Assembly: GCA_903902855.1 (NCBI GenBank)
Contig: CAIUWK010000040.1
Coordinates: forward strand, 8,279-72,278
DNA length: 64,000 nucleotides
Reading direction: 5' to 3'
Origin: an uncultured Geobacter sp.
GTDB taxonomy: Bacteria; Desulfobacterota; Desulfuromonadia; Geobacterales; CAIOGM01
In this document: piece after piece, positions 28,342 through 37,461 of the stretch
Layout: each line of letters starts with the position of its first letter
How positions within the stretch are numbered: the stretch's first letter is position 1
The notes under the pieces: generated by a model
Told to the model about the DNA's origin: nothing
Databases searched by the model: none
The model's input: only the letters and a program-made list of their open reading frames with translations
Translations under genes and position numbers: made by a program

Positions 28342-28836
28342 ATGAAACGGTATCTCACGCTCATCCCCCTCCTCCTTCTCACCGGCATCGCCATTGCGGC
28401 CGAGCCTCACACAACCCCCAACGGCATCTCTCTCTTCACGGGGTACGGAACCTGGAAAGTTATCGCCCCCTCCTACCGGCCGGATAAGGATCATCTCCGG
28501 GTGATCCTGGGGAACGACACGGCAGTGCAGGCAATGACCAAGGGAACCCGTCCCTTCCCCGACGGCACCGTCATGGCCAAGGTAGCCTGGACGGTGCGCA
28601 AGAATCCCGCGTTTCCCGTGGCCCTGGAACCGGACCGGTTTGTCCAGGTGGAGTTCATGATCAAGGACGCGAAGAAGTACGCTGCCACCGGCGGCTGGGG
28701 GTTCGCCCGTTTCCTGGGGCCGGAGCTGAAACCCTACGGCAAGGATGCGGGTTTTGTCCAGGAGTGCTTCGGCTGCCATACCCCGGTTAAAGAGAACGAT
28801 TACGTCTTCACCCACCGGCCGGCGTACCCCGAGTAA
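28342..28836 (+). CDS. Cytochrome P460-family monoheme protein
   Basis: Signal peptide, TGGWGFARF block, and a single C-terminal CFGCH followed by DYVFT. Family assigned from remembered family features. Confidence 0.7.
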   Translation: MKRYLTLIPLLLLTGIAIAAEPHTTPNGISLFTGYGTWKVIAPSYRPDKDHLRVILGNDTAVQAMTKGTRPFPDGTVMAKVAWTVRKNPAFPVALEPDRFVQVEFMIKDAKKYAATGGWGFARFLGPELKPYGKDAGFVQECFGCHTPVKENDYVFTHRPAYPE

Positions 28837-28842
28837 GGGGAG

Positions 28843-31326
28843 ATGCAAACCCTCATCCAGCTCTTCCGGAGCTTCCCCCATCACGGGGAACATGCTGCCA
28901 TCATTCACCGGACCGGGGTACGACGGCTGATCACTACCTATGATGAGCTGCACCAGGGGGCGCTGCGCTGCGCTTCCCTCCTGCAACAGCAGGGGGTGGG
29001 ACCGGGTGACCGGGTGATGCTCTGGGGCCCCAACTCCCCGGCCTGGGTCATCGCCTTCTGGGGGATTCTCGCCCGGGGAGCCGTGGCCGTTCCGGTGGAC
29101 TTCATGTCCGGCCGGGAGCGGGCCGAGACCATCGCCCGGCTGACTGATTCCCGAGTCGCGTTCCAGAGCCGGACCAAGGGTGATCCCCTGGGATCGGTAC
29201 CGGTCACCATCCGCCTGGAAGAGCTCCTCTTCATTCTCCCCCGGCATCCGCCGGCGCCGGTGGCGCTTCCCGCAGAACCCGATGACCTGGCTCAACTGGT
29301 CTACACCTCCGGCACCACCGGCAATCCCAAGGGGGTAATGCTCACCCATGGCAATCTGGCCGCCAATCTCCGGCAGGTAAACGAGCATATCCCGGTGGTG
29401 GGTCCCGAGTACCTCTTCCTCTCCGTCCTCCCCCTGTCGCATATGTTCGAGCAGATCGGGGGGATGCTGGTCCCTCTCTCCCGGGGGGGAGCCATCGTTT
29501 ATCTGGGGACGATCAAACCGTCGGCCCTCATGCAGGCGTTCCGGGAAGAAGATATCCGGGCCATGATCCTGGTTCCCCGACTCCTCCTCATGCTGAAAAC
29601 CTCCCTGGAGCGTAAACTTGTGGCCCACGGCCTGGAGCGCCTCTTTGCCCGGCTCGTGGCACGGGTCTCCCCCCTCCCGCTCCCCCTGCGCCGGGCGCTC
29701 TTCTTCCCCATCCACCGCTCCTTCGGGAGTCACTTCACCCTCTTCGTCTCCGGCGGTGCCCCCCTTGACCCCCATCTGGCCCGTTTCTGGAACAGCCTGG
29801 GGTTCCGGCTCCTGGAGGGGTACGGACTCACCGAGTGTTCTCCGGTCCTCACCGCCGCCACCTTCCGGCAACAGATCCCCGGGAGCGTGGGGCTCCCTCT
29901 CCCCGGCGTAGAGATCCGGCTGGAACAGGGGGAGGTCCAGGCCCGGGGGGCAAATATCTTCAGCGGCTACTTCCGAAACCCTGAGGCAACCAGGGAAGCC
30001 TTCACCCCTGACGGCTGGTTTCGCACCGGCGATCTGGGGGAACTGACGCCTGATGGCTGGCTCCTGATCAGGGGGCGGAGCAAGGAGCTCATCGTCACCG
30101 GTGCCGGGGTCAATGTCTACCCCGACGAGATTGAGGCGCTCCTCTCAAAGGTTCCCGGGCTCCGGGAGGGGTGCGTCATCGGCCTGGACCGGGGGGAGGG
30201 GGAAAGTGTCCACGCGGTGATCATCCCCGATGGGAGCGGGAGAAAACCCGACGAGATCATGGCCGAGGTGAACAGGGGGCTGGACCCGCTCCACGCCGTC
30301 ACCGGCATCTCCATCTGGCCGGAAGGAGAGTTCCCCAAGACCACCACCCTCAAGGTGCAAAAGTTCAAGGTCCTGGAGCGGTTGAGGGCGACCAGGGAGG
30401 GGGACGCGGTCACGGCAACAGACCAGCTGACAGGGATGGTTGCCCGGATCACCGGCTGCCGCTGCGACGAGGTGAGGGAGGAGTCGTATCTGGTGGCTGA
30501 CCTGGGACTCACCTCCATCGCCCGGCTGGAGTTGGTGACCGCCCTGGAACAGGAGTACCGGCTGGACCTGGAAGACACCCTCATCGGCCCCCAGAGCCGG
30601 GTGAGCGATGTGCGGGAACTGCTCCGGAAACGGGAGCAGCTTGCCGGCCCCCGTCATCGCTTCCGCTTCTGGAGCAACAGTCTCCCCATCCGGCTCTTCC
30701 GGCAGCTCTGCGACCTCTGCCTCAACTACCCCCTCTTCCGGCTCTTCGTCCGGCTGGAGGTCCGGGGGGTGGAACAGCTGGCAGAGCTGGACGGTCCGCT
30801 TTTCTTCATCGCCAATCATCTGAGCTACCTGGACCACCCCTGCATCATGTTCGCCCTCCCCCGCTCCCGGCGCTACCGCACCGCCACCGCCGCTTGGGCC
30901 GAGTTCTTCTTCCAGAACTTCAGTAACCCCTGGCAGCGCGCCTGGAAGCGGTTCACCTACGACTACGGGACCCTGGCCCTCAACCTCTTCCCCCTTCCCC
31001 AGGAGAGCGGCTTTCGCCCCACCGTGGCGTTCATGGGAAAGCTGGTGGACGCCGGCATCAGCATCCTCCTCTTCCCCGAGGGAGAACGAACTCTCTCCGG
31101 GAAATTACTCCCCTTTCGTCCGGGGATGGGGCTCATGGCTCGGGAATTGGGGATACCGGTGATTCCGGTGGGAATCCGGGGGGCGGAAACGGTGCTCCCC
31201 CGGGGGAGAAACATCCCCCGGCGGGGAACGGTGACGGTGACCTTCGGTTCACCTCTCCGTTTTACGGTGGAGACGCCGGAGGAGATCATCCGGCAGAGCG
31301 AAGAAGCGGTGGCCCGACTCCTCTGA
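28843..31326 (+). CDS. Tri-domain fusion: acyl-AMP ligase (AMP-binding), carrier (PP-binding-like) domain, lysophospholipid acyltransferase
   Basis: AMP motif YTSGTTGNPKGVMLTH. Carrier-like segment LVADLGLTSIARLELV. Acyltransferase HX4D (NHLSYLD) and FPEGER motifs. 827 aa. Confidence 0.85.
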   Translation: MQTLIQLFRSFPHHGEHAAIIHRTGVRRLITTYDELHQGALRCASLLQQQGVGPGDRVMLWGPNSPAWVIAFWGILARGAVAVPVDFMSGRERAETIARLTDSRVAFQSRTKGDPLGSVPVTIRLEELLFILPRHPPAPVALPAEPDDLAQLVYTSGTTGNPKGVMLTHGNLAANLRQVNEHIPVVGPEYLFLSVLPLSHMFEQIGGMLVPLSRGGAIVYLGTIKPSALMQAFREEDIRAMILVPRLLLMLKTSLERKLVAHGLERLFARLVARVSPLPLPLRRALFFPIHRSFGSHFTLFVSGGAPLDPHLARFWNSLGFRLLEGYGLTECSPVLTAATFRQQIPGSVGLPLPGVEIRLEQGEVQARGANIFSGYFRNPEATREAFTPDGWFRTGDLGELTPDGWLLIRGRSKELIVTGAGVNVYPDEIEALLSKVPGLREGCVIGLDRGEGESVHAVIIPDGSGRKPDEIMAEVNRGLDPLHAVTGISIWPEGEFPKTTTLKVQKFKVLERLRATREGDAVTATDQLTGMVARITGCRCDEVREESYLVADLGLTSIARLELVTALEQEYRLDLEDTLIGPQSRVSDVRELLRKREQLAGPRHRFRFWSNSLPIRLFRQLCDLCLNYPLFRLFVRLEVRGVEQLAELDGPLFFIANHLSYLDHPCIMFALPRSRRYRTATAAWAEFFFQNFSNPWQRAWKRFTYDYGTLALNLFPLPQESGFRPTVAFMGKLVDAGISILLFPEGERTLSGKLLPFRPGMGLMARELGIPVIPVGIRGAETVLPRGRNIPRRGTVTVTFGSPLRFTVETPEEIIRQSEEAVARLL

Positions 31327-31384
31327 TCTCCTGCTGAGGTAAGATCAGGGGGCACTACTTGAAATCCCGTTAAAAAGGATGGAA

Positions 31385-32221
31385 TTATCTCAGGGCATCT
31401 CTCAGTTCCAGGGCCCGCGCATAGATCTCGCTTCGGGGAGCCCCTGTCTCGCCGGCAACCCGACTGACCATGTCGCGAAATGAGAGATCAGGATCAGCCA
31501 GATAACGCTGGAGAAGGTCGTCCGGGTCCACCGCCGCTGGCATCTCGGCGGTCGGCGCCACCAGCAGCACCACCTCCCCCTTCACCTCCCGATGGGCAAA
31601 ACTGGCCAGAACCTCCGTCACGCTCCCCCGGACAAACTCCTCAAAAAGCTTGGTCAGTTCCCGAGCCACCACGATCTGCCGGTCGCCGCAAACCTCCAAC
31701 AGGTCGGCCAGGGTCGCCGGGAGCCGGTGGGGCGCCTCGTAATAGATGACCACCCTCCCCTCATCCCGTAACTGGGTCAGCCGTTCCCGCCGCTTTCCCT
31801 GGCGGTTGGGTAAAAACCCGGCAAAGGTGAATGAATCCGTAGGGAGTCCTGATGCGGAGAGGGCCGTCACCGTGGCGGAGGCACCGGGGATGGGGACCAC
31901 GACAATTCCGGCGGCCACTGCGTCCCGCACCAGCTGATAACCGGGATCGGAGATACAGGGAGTTCCGGCATCGCTGATGAGCGCCACCGATGCCCCTTCC
32001 CGCAACCGCTCCAGGAGATACTCCCCCTTCAGTGACTTGTTGTGATCAAAATACGAGGTGAGATGACCATTGATCCCGAAATGGGTCAGGAGCCTGCGGG
32101 AGTGGCGGGTATCCTCGGCGGCGATGACGTCCGCCTCTTTCAGAATCCGCACCGCCCGGAAGGTCATGTCCTCCAGGTTTCCGATGGGAGTGGCGACTAT
32201 GTACAGGGTTCCGTTTGCCAT
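31385..32221 (-). CDS. rsmI: 16S rRNA (cytidine1402-2'-O)-methyltransferase
   Basis: LYIVATPIGNLEDMT N-terminus and tetrapyrrole-methylase fold, 278 aa. Confidence 0.9.
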   Translation of the reverse strand: MANGTLYIVATPIGNLEDMTFRAVRILKEADVIAAEDTRHSRRLLTHFGINGHLTSYFDHNKSLKGEYLLERLREGASVALISDAGTPCISDPGYQLVRDAVAAGIVVVPIPGASATVTALSASGLPTDSFTFAGFLPNRQGKRRERLTQLRDEGRVVIYYEAPHRLPATLADLLEVCGDRQIVVARELTKLFEEFVRGSVTEVLASFAHREVKGEVVLLVAPTAEMPAAVDPDDLLQRYLADPDLSFRDMVSRVAGETGAPRSEIYARALELRDALR

Positions 32222-32225
32222 AAAT

Positions 32226-32301
32226 CCGTTCTCCGTTCTCCGTTCTACGTTCTACGTTTTCAGCTTTAACCTTGAACATAGAACATAGAACGTAGAACCG
32301 G
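32226..32301. repeat. Inverted heptamer arrays CCGTTCT x3 / ACGTTCT x2 facing GAACATA x2 / GAACGTA
   Basis: The left array is 32226-32260 and the right array 32274-32301. The arms are partly complementary around a 13-nt spacer and fill the whole rsmI-nadE gap. Confidence 0.85.
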
Positions 32302-33123
32302 TTATTTCCCCCAATCTCGGGAGTAGCGGAAATCCCGGTCGATGGTCCGGTTGGAGACCTTGGCGATGATGGGGAGACGGCGCTTGAAGTGGGAATTCTG
32401 CACCTTGGCGTAGATCTCGTCGATGAACCCGGTGGCGAAACCGTGGGCGGCCAGTTCCCCCCGGCTCATGCGAAGGTCAACCATCCGGTAGAGAAGTTCA
32501 TCCACCTCCCGATAGGTGAACCCCAGCTCCTGTTCGTCGGTCTGCCCCGCCCAGAGGTCTGCGGAGGGCTTCTTCTCCACAATCTCCATGGGGACCCCCA
32601 TGGCCTCGGAGAGCTGCCAGACCTGACTCTTGTAGATGTCGCCGATGGGGTTCAGGGCGCTGGCCATGTCCCCATGGAGGGTACCGTACCCCAACAGCAG
32701 TTCGGTCTTGTTGCTGGTCCCCAGCACCAGGGCCGACAGGAGCGCCGAGTGATCGAAGAGGACCGTCATCCGTTCCCGGGCCATCTTGTTCCCCCGCCGC
32801 AAGGGGCTCGCATCAGGAAAGAGGTTGAAATAGGCGTCCACCATGGGGGTGATCTCCACCACCTGACAGTTGATACCCAGCCGCTCACCCACCAGCCGAG
32901 CATGGGCCTCGCTCTCCGGGTTGCTCGTCTGGTACGGCATGATGATGGCATGAACGTTCTCCGGACCCAGGGCTTCAGCGGCAATATACGCCACCAGGGC
33001 CGAGTCGATCCCGCCGGAGAGCCCCAGCACCGCCTTCTTCAGCCCCACCTTCAGGATTTCTTCCCGGACGAACCCCACCAAGATCTTTCGCAGCAGCTCC
33101 GTGTTCACCTTCAACATGCTCAT
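32302..33123 (-). CDS. nadE: NAD+ synthetase (synthetase domain only)
   Basis: PP-loop SGGIDS, 273 aa. Confidence 0.92.
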   Translation of the reverse strand: MSMLKVNTELLRKILVGFVREEILKVGLKKAVLGLSGGIDSALVAYIAAEALGPENVHAIIMPYQTSNPESEAHARLVGERLGINCQVVEITPMVDAYFNLFPDASPLRRGNKMARERMTVLFDHSALLSALVLGTSNKTELLLGYGTLHGDMASALNPIGDIYKSQVWQLSEAMGVPMEIVEKKPSADLWAGQTDEQELGFTYREVDELLYRMVDLRMSRGELAAHGFATGFIDEIYAKVQNSHFKRRLPIIAKVSNRTIDRDFRYSRDWGK

Positions 33124-33971
33124 CGGTTGCGCTCCTTTCCGATCCGCTTCAGCTCCTTGAGGGTGACGAAGAGGTTTTCGTCCCGCATCATGGGTGAAGA
33201 GATCCGCTCCCGCCGGAGCAGTTCCTCGCTGATGCCGGCAACAACGAAATCTTCCTCCAGGATCGCCCCCCGTGCGGTGACCGTGCCGGAGGGATCAATG
33301 ATCTCGGACCCCCCCCAGAAATTGACCCCGTCCTCATACCCCACCCGGTTGCAGTAGAGAACCCGGCTGTTGAGGAACATGGCCGTGGCGCTGGTCAGCT
33401 TCTGCCATGAGACAGTGGAGCCCAGGCTCTCGGCCTCGGAAATCCCCCGACCGGGGCTGCTGGAGAGACAGAGCAGGGTGGTGGCACCATCCATGGCCAG
33501 GATATACGGCGCCGAAAGGTGCCACATGTCCTCGCAGATGAGGATTCCCATCCGGCCGAAGCGGCAGTCAAAGGCCCGGAACCGCTCTCCCGACGCCAGA
33601 TAACGCTGCTCGTCGAAGAGTCCGTAGGTGGGGAGATAGACCTTCCGGTGGTGATGCAGTATCTCCCCCCCGGCCAGATAGAGAGCGGCATTGTAGAAAT
33701 GGTAGTCAGGGGAGACCTCGACGAACCCCACCGCGATGTCGATATGCCGGGAAAGATCGGCCAGACGGCGAATCTCGGGGGAATCAAGGGTAAGCGCCAC
33801 CTCGGGAACCAGGTCCTTGAGGAAGTAGCCGGTGAGGGCCAGCTCCGGAAAGAGAACCAGCCCGGCCTGCTCCCTGATGCCCCGCTCCACCGCTTCTTGG
33901 ATGAGGAGCAGATTGTCGGCCACGCAACCGAGCTTCGGCTTGATCTGGGCCAGGGCAACAGTGAAATCCAT
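33120..33971 (-). CDS. Carbon-nitrogen hydrolase (nitrilase superfamily), likely the glutaminase partner of NadE
   Basis: E-K-C triad context (FPELALTGY ... ICEDMW). ATGA overlap with nadE. Start at ATG 33971 behind GGAG. Confidence 0.85.
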   Translation of the reverse strand: MDFTVALAQIKPKLGCVADNLLLIQEAVERGIREQAGLVLFPELALTGYFLKDLVPEVALTLDSPEIRRLADLSRHIDIAVGFVEVSPDYHFYNAALYLAGGEILHHHRKVYLPTYGLFDEQRYLASGERFRAFDCRFGRMGILICEDMWHLSAPYILAMDGATTLLCLSSSPGRGISEAESLGSTVSWQKLTSATAMFLNSRVLYCNRVGYEDGVNFWGGSEIIDPSGTVTARGAILEEDFVVAGISEELLRRERISSPMMRDENLFVTLKELKRIGKERNR

Positions 33972-34059
33972 AATAAACTCCATATGAGTAAAGTGGCTGC
34001 ACGGTATCACAGGATGAAGGAGTTTGCAAAGGGTAGGTGTTGAGGGAAAGCGTGATAGT

Positions 34060-34443
34060 TCAGGAGGTCAGATCAAAGGCGTTGCGGATATGCTCGATCT
34101 GCGGGAGCTCATGGTCGGGGAGGAGGATGGCGATGACATCGAACCGGGCGATGGCGTTGGGTTTCTTCCGATGGGCCAGCCAGGTGAGGGCGGTGCGGGA
34201 GATCTGGCGCTGCTTGAAGGGGGTCACCGCCAGCAGTGGCGACCCATAGGCCAGGTTGCGACGGGCCTTCACCTCCACGAAGACGATGGAGTCCCCATCC
34301 CGCGCCACGATGTCGATCTCGCCGGTCTTGCCGCGATAATTCTTCTCCAGGATGGTAAACCCTTGCCCCCGGAGATACGCCTCGGCAATCGCCTCCCCAC
34401 GCGCCCCGAGACTCTTGTTCCCGCTCTTCTCCCCGTCAATCAT
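34060..34443 (-). CDS. yraN: YraN-family (UPF0102) endonuclease-like protein
   Basis: GEIDIVARDGDSIVFVEVKAR motif. The start is ambiguous (34443 or 34449). Confidence 0.85.
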   Translation of the reverse strand: MIDGEKSGNKSLGARGEAIAEAYLRGQGFTILEKNYRGKTGEIDIVARDGDSIVFVEVKARRNLAYGSPLLAVTPFKQRQISRTALTWLAHRKKPNAIARFDVIAILLPDHELPQIEHIRNAFDLTS

Positions 34444-34633
34444 GTTCATTCCTCCCCCACCGGCAACAAGCGGGTGTGACACGTCGCGCCCCTACACTCC
34501 CCCACCCTTCCCCACAGCTTTTCTGATTTTTCACTCTTCACTCTTCACCCACCAACAGGACACAGCAAGCCGTGCCCCTACGCCATCATCCCCACACCCG
34601 GCGCCACACTTATTGTCCGTTTCTTTTAACCAT

Positions 34634-35251
34634 TTACCCTTCACCATTCACCCTTTCTTTCACCCCCTTGAAGCTTTTCCGATGAATGGGGGACGGACCG
34701 AGTCGAGCCACGGCTTCCCGGTGGGCAGCGGTGGGGTATCCCTTGTGTTCGGCAAAGCCATAACCTGGATAGAACGCAGCGAAATCCTTCATGAGTCGGT
34801 CACGGGTCACCTTGGCGATGATGGAGGCGGCGGCGATGGAGAGGCTGAGGGAATCCCCCTTGATGATGGTCTGCTGGGGAAAATCCAGGGGAATGGAGAA
34901 GGTGCCGTCGATGAGGACGAAATCAGCTGTCACGGGAAGCGAGGTAACGGCCCGTTTCATGGCCTCCAGGGACGCCCGGAGGATATTCAACCGGTCGATC
35001 TCATCATGATCGCAGATACCGATGGCGACGGCTCTCGCCTCTGCCATGATCATGGGGAACAACTTCTCCCGCTGCCGCTCGGTCAGTTTCTTGGAGTCGG
35101 TGACCCCAGGGATGATCTGTCCGGGATGAAGGATGACGGCGGCCGCCACCACCGGTCCGGCCAACGGCCCCCGCCCCGCCTCGTCGGTCCCGGCGATGGC
35201 GTGAAAGCCCAATACTTGCAATTGCGTTTCATAGCGGAGAAGATCAGTCAT
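34634..35251 (-). CDS. rnhB: Ribonuclease HII
   Basis: GTDEAGRGPLAGPVV and DSKKL motifs. The last codons run through TTCACC-type heptamers (34631-34664). Confidence 0.93.
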   Translation of the reverse strand: MTDLLRYETQLQVLGFHAIAGTDEAGRGPLAGPVVAAAVILHPGQIIPGVTDSKKLTERQREKLFPMIMAEARAVAIGICDHDEIDRLNILRASLEAMKRAVTSLPVTADFVLIDGTFSIPLDFPQQTIIKGDSLSLSIAAASIIAKVTRDRLMKDFAAFYPGYGFAEHKGYPTAAHREAVARLGPSPIHRKSFKGVKERVNGEG

Positions 35252-35260
35252 AACAACTCC

Positions 35261-35842
35261 CTATTCCGCAAATACCGCGGCAAGGTCTATCTCCAGATCG
35301 GGAAAGATCCCGACAATAACAGTGTCACCCTCCCGATAGAACTGATGCGCACCATACCGGCCATCCGTACCGAGGATAAAAATATGCACCGTCTTATCAT
35401 CCGGATCAACTATCCAGTATTCCCGCACCCCGGCACGCTCATACCGGGCGAACTTCACCGTAAGATCCTTCCGAGCAGTTGCGGGGGAGAGGATTTCCAC
35501 CACAAGGTCGGGCGCCCCCCGGCACCCTGCCGTATCTACTTTCATTTTATCGCAGATTATGGAGAGATCCGGCTGTACCACCGTCTCGACCTGGTCGTCA
35601 GGCTCGTCTGTTTCAGAAAGGCGAACGTCAAAGGAAGCAGGGAAAATCTTGCACCGCTTACCTGTCAGATAAACCGCAAACTGTTTCCCCAGATCCATGA
35701 GGATGCTCTGGTGCGCCGCTGACGGCGCCGGCGACATGTCATAGGCAACTCCGTCAATGAGTTCCCACCGCTCGTCGTCATCCCAGGTAAGGTAATCGCC
35801 GTAGGTGAACCGTTCTTCCCGTTTAAGCGCCAATGGTCCCAT
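35261..35842 (-). CDS. Uma2-family (DUF820) PD-(D/E)xK endonuclease-like protein
   Basis: The pattern YELIDGV-like (WELIDGVAYDMSPAP) ... PDL(S/V)I... EILSP ... YxxxGVxEYWIVDP is typical of Uma2. Confidence 0.75.
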   Translation of the reverse strand: MGPLALKREERFTYGDYLTWDDDERWELIDGVAYDMSPAPSAAHQSILMDLGKQFAVYLTGKRCKIFPASFDVRLSETDEPDDQVETVVQPDLSIICDKMKVDTAGCRGAPDLVVEILSPATARKDLTVKFARYERAGVREYWIVDPDDKTVHIFILGTDGRYGAHQFYREGDTVIVGIFPDLEIDLAAVFAE

Positions 35843-36015
35843 GAGAGTCTCCCGGTAACTGTTCAGGAATAGATGCAGCGGAAGTATAGCAGAAACCCAA
35901 GGATCAGTTTTAAAACAAAAACAGATTCGCTACGCTCAGAATGACAAATTGGGCTTATGATTCCGAGAAAGAGATTATTATTGACAGAACAGACCGGTTC
36001 CACTACTGTTTTTCC

Positions 36016-36306
36016 ATGGCAACCATAACCTTCGACACTCTCAAATTCGTCACGCATCTCAAAGAGTCCGGTCTGGCGGAAAAGCAGGCTGTCGCCATCA
36101 CTGAGGCTTTTCGGGAAGCCCATAGCGACGCGGAAGTAGCAACCAGACGAGATGTTGAGGAGTTGCGTCTGGAGATGAAAGCCATCGAGGCCCGCCATGA
36201 AGTTAAACTAGCTGAAACTAAAAGTGAACTCATCCGTTGGGTGGTCGGCGCCGGTTTTTTCCAGACTGCGCTCATTACCGCGCTCCTGCTCAAACTGATC
36301 AAATAA
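36016..36306 (+). CDS. DUF1640-like coiled-coil protein with C-terminal TM helix
   Basis: FDTLKFVTHLKESGLAEKQAVAITEAF, then a coiled coil and a hydrophobic tail. AT-richer than the flanks. Confidence 0.6.
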   Translation: MATITFDTLKFVTHLKESGLAEKQAVAITEAFREAHSDAEVATRRDVEELRLEMKAIEARHEVKLAETKSELIRWVVGAGFFQTALITALLLKLIK

Positions 36307-36385
36307 CCAACTCCCATCAGTACCGGGATATTCAGGATTGAAGGATTTGCCGGATTCTGCTCCGCATGCCGCGTCCCGATAAAAA

Positions 36386-36420
36386 AAGGGTTCCGAGATT
36401 TGAAAATCTCGGAGCCCTTT
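36386..36420. terminator. Bidirectional terminator-like hairpin
   Basis: aaggg-ttccgagatt-tgaa-aatctcggag-ccctt, with A7 on the left and TTT on the right. Confidence 0.55.
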
Positions 36421-36451
36421 CAGGTGCACCAGCAGCATAAGAAAACTCGCA

Positions 36452-36483
36452 ACGAAAAACGCCCCGGTTTAGCCGGGGCGTTT
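36452..36483 (-). terminator. Rho-independent terminator after rplS
   Basis: Minus strand stem AACGCCCCGG-CTAA-ACCGGGGCGTT followed by TTTTCGTT. Confidence 0.75.
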
Positions 36484-36487
36484 CGTG

Positions 36488-36844
36488 TTACTTCACTGCG
36501 ATGTATTTCTTTTCCTTGATGCGGGCGGCCTTGCCGCGGAGTTTTCTCAGGTAGTAGAGCTTGGCCCGACGGACCTGGCCCCGGGTAATGACCTCGATCT
36601 TGTCCAGCGTGGGGGAATGGAGCGGAAAAACACGCTCGACACCGATGTTGTTGGAGATCTTCCGGACGGTGAACGTCTCACGCACGCCGCCGTTCTGCCG
36701 GTTGATCACCACCCCCTGGAATGCCTGGATACGGCTCTTGTCCCCTTCCACGATCTTCACGTGGACCTTGACGGTATCGCCGGCCTTGAACACCGGGATG
36801 TTCTTCTTCATCTGCTCCATTTCGATCAAATCAATCACGTTCAT
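36488..36844 (-). CDS. rplS: 50S ribosomal protein L19
   Basis: Full-length L19 sequence, 118 aa. Confidence 0.96.
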   Translation of the reverse strand: MNVIDLIEMEQMKKNIPVFKAGDTVKVHVKIVEGDKSRIQAFQGVVINRQNGGVRETFTVRKISNNIGVERVFPLHSPTLDKIEVITRGQVRRAKLYYLRKLRGKAARIKEKKYIAVK

Positions 36845-36900
36845 CTGGTCTTTCCTCCGTTATCTCTCACTATCCGTTTGTGATGTGATGGTCTGTTTCT

Positions 36901-37461
36901 TTATTCACCAAAAAGCCGGTCCAGGATGATTGCCACTGCGGAACGGACCGAAAGGTGGTTGTACTCACCCACCCCCTTGACCGGCGGCAGGATCACGTCG
37001 GCTGCGGCCATTATCTCATCCGCCAGCCCCCACCCCGTACCGAAGAGGAGCAGATGGGGTATCGAAGAGCTCCGGAGTTCTTCCCTGAAGCCGGCATAGG
37101 TGACCGTTGCGGCGGCTGCAGCGCCGGTGGCTACCAGTCGCGGAGCGACACCGTATTCGGTCTCAACATCACGGACAACATCGGCCAGCGAGGAATTGAC
37201 GGTGACCAGATCCAGCGCCACCTTCCGTTTCGGGTTGTAGGTCGCTCCATACCCCTGTTGCCAGTGCCCGATGATCTGCCCTGCCAATCGTTGCTGCTCA
37301 TTGGCCGGGGTTATCAGATAATAGCGGGAGAGTCCGAAGGTCCGGGCGGCCCGGGCGATGTCATGGATGTCCAGGTTGGTAATGGCCGACACCACTGTCC
37401 GATGATTCCGATCATAGACCGGATAATGCATCAGAACTATTGCCACCGGTGCCCCGTTCAT
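36901..37461 (-). CDS. Predicted SAM-dependent RNA methyltransferase (TM1570 / Methyltrn_RNA_4-like)
   Basis: The [32 protein letters not shown] block matches my recollection of this family. ATGA overlap with trmD. Confidence 0.6.
   Translation of the reverse strand: MNGAPVAIVLMHYPVYDRNHRTVVSAITNLDIHDIARAARTFGLSRYYLITPANEQQRLAGQIIGHWQQGYGATYNPKRKVALDLVTVNSSLADVVRDVETEYGVAPRLVATGAAAAATVTYAGFREELRSSSIPHLLLFGTGWGLADEIMAAADVILPPVKGVGEYNHLSVRSAVAIILDRLFGE

Noticed and set aside
35863-36198. 111-aa minus-strand ORF containing ...ICHSERSESVFVLK...
   Set aside because: It overlaps the better-supported DUF1640-like gene on the opposite strand. Its only distinctive segment is the translation of a common intergenic word (cattctgagcgtagcgaa).
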